The position numbers and the translations under genes were made by a program. Below the pieces are notes generated by a model. It searched no databases. It saw nothing but the letters and a program-made list of their open reading frames with translations, and was not told where the DNA came from. This document shows, piece by piece, positions 47,316 to 56,885 of a DNA stretch of 64,000 bases (position 1 is the stretch's first letter; every line of letters starts with the position of its first letter). This DNA comes from Promethearchaeota archaeon (GTDB taxonomy: Archaea; Asgardarchaeota; Lokiarchaeia; Sigyniarchaeales; SOKP01). The stretch is taken from NCBI GenBank assembly GCA_048940445.1, contig JBHLON010000001.1, positions 1 to 64,000 on the forward strand, in the 5' to 3' direction.

Positions 47316-48101
47316 ATGATAACAGCAGGTATAGATTGTGGTTCTAAAAATACTAAGGTTGTACTTTTGAATGAAAAAGGCGTTTTATCGACAGCTTCTG
47401 TATTAAGTGGATTCGATCAAGAAGAATCAGCTAGCAATGCCTTAGATAATGCTATTAAAAAAGCAGGAATTAAACGTGAAGATATTAATCATATAACTGT
47501 AACCGGAGCAGGAATGGAAGCAATTTCTTTTGCAAATGATAATGTAACAACTGTTACTTGTGATGGTCGTGGGGCATTCTTTTTATTTCCCTCAGCTCGT
47601 ACTATTATTGATATCGGAGCTGAAGAAGGCTTAGTTGTAAAAATCGATGAAAGTGGAAAAGTTAAAGATTTTGGAATAAATGAGAAATGTGCTGCTGGAG
47701 CGGGTGCATTTATAGAAGCAATGTCAAGAGCACTAGAAGTAGATGTTAAAAATATGGGAGATCTTTCTTTGAAATCAACAAAACAAATTCCAATGAATGC
47801 ACAATGTACAATTTTTGCAGAATCTGAAGTCGTGTCATTGATTCACCAGAAAACTTCTAAAGAAGATATAATTCGAGCAGTTCATGATGCAATTGCTGAT
47901 AGAAATACAAGCATGATACGTCAAATAGGAATAGAGAGAGAGGTGGCATTGATAGGAGGTGTTGCTAATAATATTGGTTTTGTAGATGCAATGAATAGGA
48001 ATTTAGGTTTTGACCTTCTAGTACCTAAAGATAAAGTGGCTCCAGAATATATTAGCGCACTAGGAGCAGCATTGGTAGCTCAAGATAAACTTGGAGGTTA
48101 A
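47316..48101 (+). CDS. bzdP: Benzoyl-CoA reductase ATP-binding subunit P
   Basis: MITAGIDCG, DIGAEEG, NEKCAAGAG, MNAQC.IFAESEVVSLIH. Confidence 0.92.
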   Translation: MITAGIDCGSKNTKVVLLNEKGVLSTASVLSGFDQEESASNALDNAIKKAGIKREDINHITVTGAGMEAISFANDNVTTVTCDGRGAFFLFPSARTIIDIGAEEGLVVKIDESGKVKDFGINEKCAAGAGAFIEAMSRALEVDVKNMGDLSLKSTKQIPMNAQCTIFAESEVVSLIHQKTSKEDIIRAVHDAIADRNTSMIRQIGIEREVALIGGVANNIGFVDAMNRNLGFDLLVPKDKVAPEYISALGAALVAQDKLGG

Positions 48102-48105
48102 TATC

Positions 48106-48993
48106 ATGTCAAATGCAAAATCAGAAAAAGAATATTGGAGATGGACTGAATCTAGATACACAAACCCAGATTTGGATTGGCAAAAAGGTAAGATCATATC
48201 AGCAGGAGTAGATGTTGGATCAGTTAGTACTCAAGCTGTTATTATGGTAGATGGAGAAATATATTGCTATTCAAGTATGCGAACTGGATCGAATAGTCCA
48301 GATAGCGCAAACAATGCGATGGATTGGGCTCTTGAGGATACTGGTTTGACTTTAAATGAAATTCAATATGTAGTTGGAACTGGATATGGGCGTGTGAATG
48401 TTCCTTTCGCAAAAAGAGCAATTACTGAAATTGCATGTCATGCCCGAGGAGCAAATTTCATTTATGGCCCCGAAATAAGAACGGTTTTAGATATGGGTGG
48501 CCAAGATTGTAAAGCAATACGGTGTGACAATCGGGGCAAAGTTACTGCATTTCTTATGAACGATAAGTGTGCTGCCGGAACGGGGAGAGGAATGGAAGTA
48601 TTTGCAGATTTACTTCAAGTACATATAAATGATGTAGGCAGGATGTCATTGGAAATTGATGAAGAACCTGAACCTGTAAGTAGTACTTGTGTCGTATTTG
48701 CCAAATCAGAAGCAGTTGGATTACTTAGAAAAGGATGGCCAAAAGAAAAAGTTTTAGCAGCATATTGTTCCGCTATGGCCCATCGAGTTGTGACTCTACT
48801 GTTACGTCTTGGAATCGAGGAAAAGTTTGCTATAACAGGAGGAATAGCAAAAAATATTGGAGTTGTTAAAAGAATAGAAGATGAGTTGAAAATTAAAGCT
48901 CCAGAGCCAAATATTGATCCTCAAATTGCAGGTGCTATAGGTGCTGCTTTGTTTGCTAAGGCTCTAATTGAAAAAGAACAAAAGAAAACTTAA
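48106..48993 (+). CDS. bzdQ: Benzoyl-CoA reductase ATP-binding subunit Q
   Basis: EYWRW.E, GVDVGSVS, RTGSNSPDSA, GTGYGRVNVPF, MNDKCAAGTG; GGAGG upstream of ATG 48106. Confidence 0.94.
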   Translation: MSNAKSEKEYWRWTESRYTNPDLDWQKGKIISAGVDVGSVSTQAVIMVDGEIYCYSSMRTGSNSPDSANNAMDWALEDTGLTLNEIQYVVGTGYGRVNVPFAKRAITEIACHARGANFIYGPEIRTVLDMGGQDCKAIRCDNRGKVTAFLMNDKCAAGTGRGMEVFADLLQVHINDVGRMSLEIDEEPEPVSSTCVVFAKSEAVGLLRKGWPKEKVLAAYCSAMAHRVVTLLLRLGIEEKFAITGGIAKNIGVVKRIEDELKIKAPEPNIDPQIAGAIGAALFAKALIEKEQKKT

Positions 48994-49002
48994 GGGATCC
49001 AA

Positions 49003-49293
49003 ATGACGAAAGCAAATTATGGTTATAAGGATGGTTCAGGAGAATATTTTATTACCATTGATACAGATTTGTGTAATTCATGCGGAAAATGTGTTGATGC
49101 ATGTCCTGAAGGTGTGCTTGAAATGGGTGAAAATGAGTTAGATCCACTTGGTGATGAGATAATTGCAATTGTTTCTGAAGCACATCGCAAGAAAATAAAG
49201 TATTCATGCGCTCCTTGCAAACATGGTAGTGAGACAAGAGAATTACCCTGCGTTAAAGTTTGTGTGCCCAAGGCGATTGTTCACTCATGGTAA
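49003..49293 (+). CDS. bzdM: Benzoyl-CoA reductase-associated ferredoxin (BzdM-like)
   Basis: ANYGYKDGSG.YFITIDTD.C..C..C...CP, KYSCAPCK, PC...C, HSW. Confidence 0.85.
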   Translation: MTKANYGYKDGSGEYFITIDTDLCNSCGKCVDACPEGVLEMGENELDPLGDEIIAIVSEAHRKKIKYSCAPCKHGSETRELPCVKVCVPKAIVHSW

Positions 49294-49374
49294 TTTTTAT
49301 AATTTTTAAATTCATGATATAACTTGATTAGCATATAAAAGAATATCAAGTAGATGGATAATTTTATTTAGAGA

Positions 49375-51906
49375 ATGGTTATCATGGAAACTATATCATT
49401 AACAATTAATGGTATTAAGATTGATGCTAAGAAAGGAAGTAATATTTTAGAAACATCATTAAATTCAGGTATTTACATTCCTAGCCTTTGTGCTCACCCC
49501 GATTTGCCCTCTTTAGTAGGTTTAAAGCCAGTTGATGAAGTTTTTCAAGGAGAATCTAGGTTTAAAAGCTCTAATTCTCAAGAGCACCAAGGTTGTCAAC
49601 TTTGTATAGTAAAAGTAGAAGGAATTGAAGGTTTTGTGACATCTTGCAGTACTGAAGTGCAGGAAAGTATGAACGTTTTTACTGATACACCCGAGATTCA
49701 AGCAGTTCGCCGTGAGAAATTAATGGATGTTCTCTCAAAACACCCTCATGCCTGTTTAATGTGTGCACAACGCGAAGGTTGCAGTCGTGAACCATGTTCC
49801 CCTAATGTTCCTATAGAAGAACGCTGTTGCCCAATTTTAGGAAGATGCGAATTACAAAAAGTTTCAGAATATATTGGAATACGAGAAGATATACCTCGTT
49901 ATAAACCCCAAAGTCGTGCAATTATAGAAGATGACCCACTTTTCATCAGAAACTACGAGTTATGTATTGGATGTACTAGATGTGTCAGAGTATGTCGCGA
50001 TATCCGTGGAATTGAAGCGCTGGGATTTGTTTACTCAAATGGTGAAACCATAGTTGGAAGCCTTGCTCCTTCACTTAAGGATTCTGGTTGTAAATTTTGT
50101 GGAGCGTGCGTCGAAGTTTGCCCTACAGGTGCTTTAACAGATAAAAACATTCTCTGGGCAGAACGAGAAAAGCTATTAGTACCCTGCAAAGATGCTTGTC
50201 CTCTAAATATTGATGTCCCAAGATATATAAGATTAGTCGCGGAGAATAAATATAGTGAAGCAGCAGCAGTTATCCGTGAAAAAACACCTTTTCCCTCAGT
50301 TCTTGGGAGAGTGTGCTTTCATGAATGTGAAAATGAATGCCGCCGAAATCAACTTAATGATCCAATTGCAATATGTGCAATAAAGCGATTTGCAATGGAT
50401 CACGATGGAGAACTATGGAAATCAAAAATTAAAATTAAACCTTCTACTGGAAAGAAAATAGCCGTCATAGGTGCAGGTCCTTCCGGATTGACAGCAGCAT
50501 ATTACTTAAGAAGATTGGGGCATTCAGTAACCCTATTTGAAGCTGGATCTTATCTAGGGGGCATGTTAAGATATGGAATTCCGAAATACAGATTACCACG
50601 AGCAGTTCTTCAAAAAGATCTTGATCACATATTAAGTATAGGAATTGAAATTCAAACAGATCAAGTTATAGGAGAACACTTTTCACTGGATGATCTTAAA
50701 GAACAAGGTTTTAATGCAATTCTTTTAACAATTGGTGCTCAAAATACAAAAAAACTTAATATAGAAGGTTCAAGCTTCCCAAATATCCTATGGGGCCTTG
50801 ATTTTCTAAAAAGAGTTAATCTTGGTGAAGAATTAAAAATATCAGACAGAATTGTTGTTATTGGTGGAGGTAATGTGGCGATAGACGTAGCATTAACAGC
50901 TAAACGCCTAGGAGCCAAAGAGGTTCAATTAACCTGTCTAGAAAGTAGAGAAGAAATGCCTGCGCATGAATATGAGATTCAAAAAGCGATAGATGAAGGT
51001 ATATCACTTGATTGTTGCTGGGGTCCTAAAAAATTTGTTGATAAAAATGGTGAACTTTCTGAAGTTAAATTAATCCATTGTGATTCTGTATTTGATGATA
51101 ATAATATTTTTAATCCTATTTTTGATGAAAATAAGACAAAATCCATTAATACTGAGATGGTAATTTTAGCGATAGGTCAAATTCCTGATTTATCTTTATT
51201 AGGGAGTGACAATTTAATTAAGATTTCTAAATCAGGATTAATTCAAGTAAAAGAGGGAACTTTTGAGACAAATATCCCTGGAATATTTGCTAGTGGGGAA
51301 GTGATAAATAGTCCCAGTTCTGTAGTTGATGCAATTCAAATGGGCAGAAAAGTAGCCTCTTCAATCGATATGTATTTGGGAGGAATTGGTGAACTTGAAG
51401 AGAGGTTTATTGATCAAGAAGAACCGAACCCTTTTTTAGGGCGTGATGAAAGTTTTTATGATAATCCTCGCACTCAAATGCCCCTTCTGTCCATAGAAAA
51501 ACGTCGAAGTACTTTTAATGAAATTGAATTGGGCTTTAATGAAAAATTAGCTGTTGAAGAAGCAAATCGATGTTTACAATGTGATTTACGCCTTGAAATC
51601 TCATCTGCTGTATTACCACCGCAAAAATGGTCAGATTTAAACACTGAAAATATTCAAAATGTCCCTGAAGCAGAAGGTGTTATTCAAATCTTAAATGAGA
51701 ACCATGAAATAATACTCATTCAAGGCACTCAGAATATGCGTCTAAGTCTTGAAGAGCAGTTAAGAATAAATACTAGTGCTTGTTATTTTGATTTTGATGA
51801 AGATCCTATGTATACAAAAAGAGAAAGTGAATTATTACAACAATTTATGCAGATATTCGGAAGATTTCCTGAAGGTAATGAAGATTTAGATGATGATCTT
51901 TTTTGA
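49375..51906 (+). CDS. bzdV: BzdV-like NAD(P)H:ferredoxin oxidoreductase (NuoG-like Fe-S, GltD-like FAD domain, extra C-terminal domain)
   Basis: IPSLC.HP, C.LC.V, HPHAC..C, CIGCTRCVR.C, PC..ACP, GRVC...CE..C.R, GAGPSG, GGGNVA.D, EA.RCL.C. Confidence 0.85.
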   Translation: MVIMETISLTINGIKIDAKKGSNILETSLNSGIYIPSLCAHPDLPSLVGLKPVDEVFQGESRFKSSNSQEHQGCQLCIVKVEGIEGFVTSCSTEVQESMNVFTDTPEIQAVRREKLMDVLSKHPHACLMCAQREGCSREPCSPNVPIEERCCPILGRCELQKVSEYIGIREDIPRYKPQSRAIIEDDPLFIRNYELCIGCTRCVRVCRDIRGIEALGFVYSNGETIVGSLAPSLKDSGCKFCGACVEVCPTGALTDKNILWAEREKLLVPCKDACPLNIDVPRYIRLVAENKYSEAAAVIREKTPFPSVLGRVCFHECENECRRNQLNDPIAICAIKRFAMDHDGELWKSKIKIKPSTGKKIAVIGAGPSGLTAAYYLRRLGHSVTLFEAGSYLGGMLRYGIPKYRLPRAVLQKDLDHILSIGIEIQTDQVIGEHFSLDDLKEQGFNAILLTIGAQNTKKLNIEGSSFPNILWGLDFLKRVNLGEELKISDRIVVIGGGNVAIDVALTAKRLGAKEVQLTCLESREEMPAHEYEIQKAIDEGISLDCCWGPKKFVDKNGELSEVKLIHCDSVFDDNNIFNPIFDENKTKSINTEMVILAIGQIPDLSLLGSDNLIKISKSGLIQVKEGTFETNIPGIFASGEVINSPSSVVDAIQMGRKVASSIDMYLGGIGELEERFIDQEEPNPFLGRDESFYDNPRTQMPLLSIEKRRSTFNEIELGFNEKLAVEEANRCLQCDLRLEISSAVLPPQKWSDLNTENIQNVPEAEGVIQILNENHEIILIQGTQNMRLSLEEQLRINTSACYFDFDEDPMYTKRESELLQQFMQIFGRFPEGNEDLDDDLF

Positions 51907-51927
51907 AGTATGGAGAATTAAAATTTT

Positions 51928-52338
51928 TTATAAATCTTCAATCACGGAATAACCATTCTGTTTAAGAATTTCCGTGCCATTTTCATTATCATTTAATCTA
52001 AAAATGATTAAAGGTTTATCATCTATTATACTTGTATAAAGATATTCTATATTAACATTGTTCTTTCCTAACAATTTAGCAATTTTATAAAGGGCAGAAA
52101 TATTATCTGAAAGTCTAACAGCGACAACCTCAGTGATTGAAAATAAGATATCTGATTCTTCTAAAAGTTGAGAACATTTCTCAAATTGATCAACTAGAAG
52201 TAATAAAAGTCCGTATTCCTCTGTCTCTGCTACTGTTAATGACCTAATATAGATTTTATTATTCATTAATACTTCAAAAAATTCCGCTAGTTGCCCAGGT
52301 TGGTTAGGGAGGTATACAGAAATTTGATTTATAGTCAT
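51928..52338 (-). CDS. Tandem ACT-domain protein
   Basis: QISV.L.N.PG.LA...I.IRSLTVAET..YG; L...NVNIEYLY. Confidence 0.9.
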   Translation of the reverse strand: MTINQISVYLPNQPGQLAEFFEVLMNNKIYIRSLTVAETEEYGLLLLLVDQFEKCSQLLEESDILFSITEVVAVRLSDNISALYKIAKLLGKNNVNIEYLYTSIIDDKPLIIFRLNDNENGTEILKQNGYSVIEDL

Positions 52339-52532
52339 AATTCGAAATTAGCTAATTATTGTAATAAAAAAAATCCAACTTAATTAAATTAAAAATATAG
52401 ATTGTATAAAAATAATACTAAAAAATATAAGCATAGTTATTAAGTGTCAGTAAACTTAAATTTAAGTAGAGTGGTTAAATTTTTGTTAATTAAGTTGAAT
52501 ATAAATAAAGATTTTTCAATATAAAAATTCAA

Positions 52533-53261
52533 ATGATGGAATGGGATTTAAAGTTTAGTGAATGGTTAAAATGGACAGCTGAATTGCGGGATAATTTATA
52601 TAATAAAGCATCTTTTTCACAGAAAGATAATTTATTGGAAATAGGATGTAGTACAGGAGAATTACTAAAAGAAATTGGAGTTAAGTTTGGTTTAAAATTA
52701 TACGGTATCGATAATGATGAAGTTAAAGTTGAATATGCCAGAGTAAATCTTGAAAAAAATATGATTAAAGCAACAATAAACAGAATCGATATTTCTAATA
52801 ACACTTTTAATGATAAAATATTCGATATTGTTATATCGTATTTTAGTTTTCTCTGGATAAAAGATTTAAAAAAATCAATTTCAGAGATTCATAGAATTTT
52901 AAAAGAGGATGGGGTTTTTTTAATATTAGGGGAACCTGATTTTGGAGGCTTAGTTGAACATCCTGATACAAGTTTGAGAATGGAAATAATTTACAACCTA
53001 AAAAATTTAGGAGCAGATCCAGCAGTGGGAAGAAAATTAAATCAATTTTTCTCCAATAAATTCAAGGTTGTTGAACATCTTTGCGTTAGCTTTCCCTGGA
53101 TTCCTAATATTGATAAAGAGAGTATGCATAAAGAGATCGATTTTTTTCAAGAGATATTGAAATTAAAACAATTTGATTTGGAACTAATGAGAACTAGTAT
53201 CGATTCAGGTAAATATTTCTTATTTATACCAGTTTTTTGTTACTATCTGAGGAAAGTTTAG
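52533..53261 (+). CDS. Class I SAM-dependent methyltransferase
   Basis: LLEIGCSTG, GID, FDIV, RILK.DG, EPD. Confidence 0.88.
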   Translation: MMEWDLKFSEWLKWTAELRDNLYNKASFSQKDNLLEIGCSTGELLKEIGVKFGLKLYGIDNDEVKVEYARVNLEKNMIKATINRIDISNNTFNDKIFDIVISYFSFLWIKDLKKSISEIHRILKEDGVFLILGEPDFGGLVEHPDTSLRMEIIYNLKNLGADPAVGRKLNQFFSNKFKVVEHLCVSFPWIPNIDKESMHKEIDFFQEILKLKQFDLELMRTSIDSGKYFLFIPVFCYYLRKV

Positions 53262-53278
53262 AAATAAAATCTAAATTA

Positions 53279-53683
53279 TTAGTCTATATATGATTCTTTT
53301 AGCTTTTCAAAGAGTTTCTTATATTCATCAATATATTTTTCATCATTTGTTTCTTTTATCTTCTGTAAAAGTTCAACTGATTTCGTCATCGCTTCTGATC
53401 GATTCTTGATCTTATCTTTAAAGAATTCTTTTCTATATTGTGATTTCGCTAATTTTAATTGATTTTTAATTTTCTCAATCGAAATTTCAATTTTTTTTTT
53501 AGATTCAATTATTGAATCTGATAATTGTCTCTTTCTTTGTTCTAATTTAATACAATTTTCACATATTAATTCACCCGCCCTTTTTTCTCCTTTTTTAATC
53601 ATAAAAGGATTGCCACAACGAGAGCATTTAATAAGTTTAACAACAAATTTATTTTCGTCGGAATCGGGCATAGATTGAAACAA
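53279..53683 (-). CDS. Hypothetical Zn-finger plus coiled-coil protein
   Basis: CSRCG...ICENC followed by K/E-rich helices. Confidence 0.7.
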   Translation of the reverse strand: MFQSMPDSDENKFVVKLIKCSRCGNPFMIKKGEKRAGELICENCIKLEQRKRQLSDSIIESKKKIEISIEKIKNQLKLAKSQYRKEFFKDKIKNRSEAMTKSVELLQKIKETNDEKYIDEYKKLFEKLKESYID

Positions 53684-53813
53684 CTATATTTTGAGATTAT
53701 AATCTGAGATAATTCTCTTATTAAATTAATAATTCTTTTAGAATTTAATTTTTAATTTTTTGTTTTATTTATCTTTTGAGAAGATTTATGATAAATCGGG
53801 TATTTATTTGTTT

Positions 53814-54608
53814 ATGGATATTTTACAAGTTATTCTCCTATTACTTTTAGGCTTTTTTGCTGGCACAATTAGTGTTATTGCTGGAGTGGGAGGGGGAGTG
53901 TTTTTTGTCACTTTTATTACATTATTATTTTTGATTCCTATCAATATCTCAGTTGATACATCTACATTTGTGATTTTATTATCATCTTCAGGAGGATTTA
54001 TCACTTATTTAAGACAAAAACGTACTAGCATTAAACTTTCATTAATTTTTGCAGGATTTTCTATTTTAGGAAGCATTTTATGTACAATTTTATTCTTATT
54101 TATTCAAATTGATAATTTTATTCTGAAAATAATATTTGCATCAACGCTGCTTATTGCAGGAGGAAATATGATATATAAAGCAATAAAAACGACTAAATAT
54201 TTTCAAGAAAACGATCTGACTCCACAAGATTTTTCATTAGAAGAACATGATTATAAATCAAATCTTAAAAGCTCAATTCCATTATTTATAATGGCTGGTT
54301 TTGCAGCCAATTTATTAGGGATCGGAGGAGGTATTATAAACACCCCTGCGCTAAATATCATTTTGGGTTATCCCATTCATAACGCCACAGCCATATCAAC
54401 GTCTATTATTTTTTTTACAGCCATCTATAATACGATTATAAAGAGCATTCTTGGACAAATAAACTATATAATAGGTTTACTTATTGCAATTGGGGCTATT
54501 TTAGGTTCAATCTTCGGAGCTAAAATATCTAAAAAAATGCCTAAAGTTTACCTTCAATTTTTTGTAGCTATAGTATTGATAGGGTTAGCAATAAGAATGT
54601 ATTTTTAA
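53814..54608 (+). CDS. TauE/SafE (TSUP) family transporter
   Basis: Repeated G..AG...GVGGG / G....LLGIGGG...P, A.A.S; multiple TM helices. Confidence 0.9.
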   Translation: MDILQVILLLLLGFFAGTISVIAGVGGGVFFVTFITLLFLIPINISVDTSTFVILLSSSGGFITYLRQKRTSIKLSLIFAGFSILGSILCTILFLFIQIDNFILKIIFASTLLIAGGNMIYKAIKTTKYFQENDLTPQDFSLEEHDYKSNLKSSIPLFIMAGFAANLLGIGGGIINTPALNIILGYPIHNATAISTSIIFFTAIYNTIIKSILGQINYIIGLLIAIGAILGSIFGAKISKKMPKVYLQFFVAIVLIGLAIRMYF

Positions 54609-54699
54609 TTTAAGTGTTAATGCTAAAATTCTAAAAATCTTAAATTTTAATAATATTTAAAATTAAAATATAAAACCAATTTTTTGGTGTATTTTTGAT

Positions 54700-55515
54700 A
54701 TGAGTAAGGGGTTTAAATTACTTAGAATTGAATATCTGTTTTCTGTTCTTATACCATGTTTATTATGCATTTATCTTAATAATTATAATATTATCTCTCA
54801 TATTTGGATTCTAGCTGGTTTTGGTTTTTATGCAATCACAGGAAATACTATCAATGATGCAATAGATATGAAGGACCCAAATGAAAAGGAAACTCTAGAG
54901 AGAGTGAAGGGTTATCAACGTAAGGAAATATTAGTTCTTGCTTTAAGTTCTTTTGCTTTGGGAACTCTATGCTTTATGAATGAAATTATTGGTAACCCGA
55001 TTTTAGCTGTTTATTTAATAATAATTATACTCTTGGTTATCTTCTATTGTTTTTTTAAAAAGTTGGTAATCGTTAACCATATAATACTCGGTATATCCCA
55101 CATTTTCTTACCTTACTTTATGATAAAAATAAATGCAGGAGATACAATACTGAATTACTTTCCGGCTTTAACGCTCTCTGAGTGGCTTATAGTCACCTCA
55201 GTAGCTGCTGCGGGATTTCTTGGACAAATGTTGCACGAAATGATTGATGGAGATGCTCTTTCCAGGTTAAAACCAAGATCCTCTCAGATTGTTATGTTGA
55301 TTTCTTCATTGTGTACAATAGGGATAAGTCTGTACTCAATAATTATTACAACATATTTATTTATTCTACCAGTTCTAATCTTTCCAGTTGGTGTTATATA
55401 TATCTTCAGAAAGCCTAGAAGGGATTTATTAGGAAGAACATCATTGAAAGACACTGGGATAATTTTAGGGAATTTGATTTTGGTTTATCTTCTAATATTG
55501 ATTCTTGCTTCTTAA
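54700..55515 (+). CDS. UbiA-family prenyltransferase
   Basis: NTINDAIDMKD and HEMIDGD Asp-rich motifs; multi-TM. Confidence 0.72.
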   Translation: MSKGFKLLRIEYLFSVLIPCLLCIYLNNYNIISHIWILAGFGFYAITGNTINDAIDMKDPNEKETLERVKGYQRKEILVLALSSFALGTLCFMNEIIGNPILAVYLIIIILLVIFYCFFKKLVIVNHIILGISHIFLPYFMIKINAGDTILNYFPALTLSEWLIVTSVAAAGFLGQMLHEMIDGDALSRLKPRSSQIVMLISSLCTIGISLYSIIITTYLFILPVLIFPVGVIYIFRKPRRDLLGRTSLKDTGIILGNLILVYLLILILAS

Positions 55516-55608
55516 AAATTGATACTTAAAGGTTTATATTGACGTTTACCAATATTAAATAAAAGAATTCTCTTATAAATAAAGTGATAGATGGGAGGTA
55601 TAATGTAA

Positions 55609-56882
55609 GAATGACAATAATTAAACCTATCAATTTTGATTTCTTTTCTGCTTTTGATGAAAAAGCATGTTCTTTATGTGGAGAGTGTTTTAACAAATGC
55701 CCTATAATGCTACTTCCCATTGATTTAGCAAATGAAGAGATCAAAAGACTAATTGCTGGAGAGGATACTAAAAGAGTTTTAAGTGAATGTCAGAGCTGTT
55801 TTGCTTGTAATTTCTATTGTTCTGAGAATGCTCATCCAACTAGTCTTATTTTAAAACGATGGAACGAACAATATAAGAAAAAAGGGTTAAAGAAGAGAGG
55901 AAAATTCTATATGACCCTATTCCCCCATTATCCTAATTTTCGTTCTTATGTTATGCAACATCTTCCAAAAATTACAAAGGAACTTGTTAAACAATGGGCT
56001 TCTTTAGAACCATTAAGAGGAGATACTCTTACCTATCCGGGATGTAATATTATCACCTTTGCAGAACTCACTCAAACAAGTTTTTTTAAAGATCTTGATA
56101 TCCGCGGAAGACTCGAGTACTGTTGCGGGGAAACGCTATTTCGAACAGGATACAGAGACGAGCTATTTCAAATCACAAAAAGGTTAGATAATTGGTTTAA
56201 TATTTTAAAACCAAAGAAATTACTTGTTTTATGTACTGCTGGTACTAATGTATTTAAAAATGTACTTCCCCATTACGGTTTAACGTATAAATTCGAGGAA
56301 ATTAAATCATATATTCAATATCTATGGGAACAAATAGAAAATGGGCACATTAAAATTAAAAAGAAGCTAGATATGACTGTATCAATTCAAGATTCTTGTT
56401 ATTCTAAGATGTTTGGTGAAAACTATATGGATTTACCACGAAGAATCCTACACAGTATTGGTGTGAAGACAATCGAAATTGACTCTTGTAGAGAAAATAT
56501 GCGATGTTGTGGAATAGGTGCTGGCTTTTCAATTGATTCTGCATATCAACCTTTCAAGATTAGATCATCAACACTTAGAAATTTTAGAGAGTTTAAAAAA
56601 GCGAAAGTTGATGCTGTTTGTGTGTATTGTGCTGGATGTTTAGCAACATTTCTTGCAAATAAGAAACTTTATTTAAAAAAAATTAAAATTTATCACATAA
56701 TTGAATTATTGCAAATTGCACTAGGGGAAAAACCTTCCTTAACGAAGAAATTGAAGAAGAAACGAGCGAAACATTTTTTTTGGGGTACAATGAGGAAACA
56801 AGTTCCGAAAATTTTCTCTAAAAAAACATTTAAGATTGCCGATATTCCTGAAATTCCTCCTGAACATGGCGAGGCTTGGTAA
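55609..56882 (+). CDS. HdrD/GlcF-like (Fe-S)-binding protein
   Basis: CSLCGECFNKCP, CQSCFACNFYC, YPGC, YCCGE, QDSC, CCG.G, YCAGC. Confidence 0.85.
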
Positions 56883-56885
56883 AAA

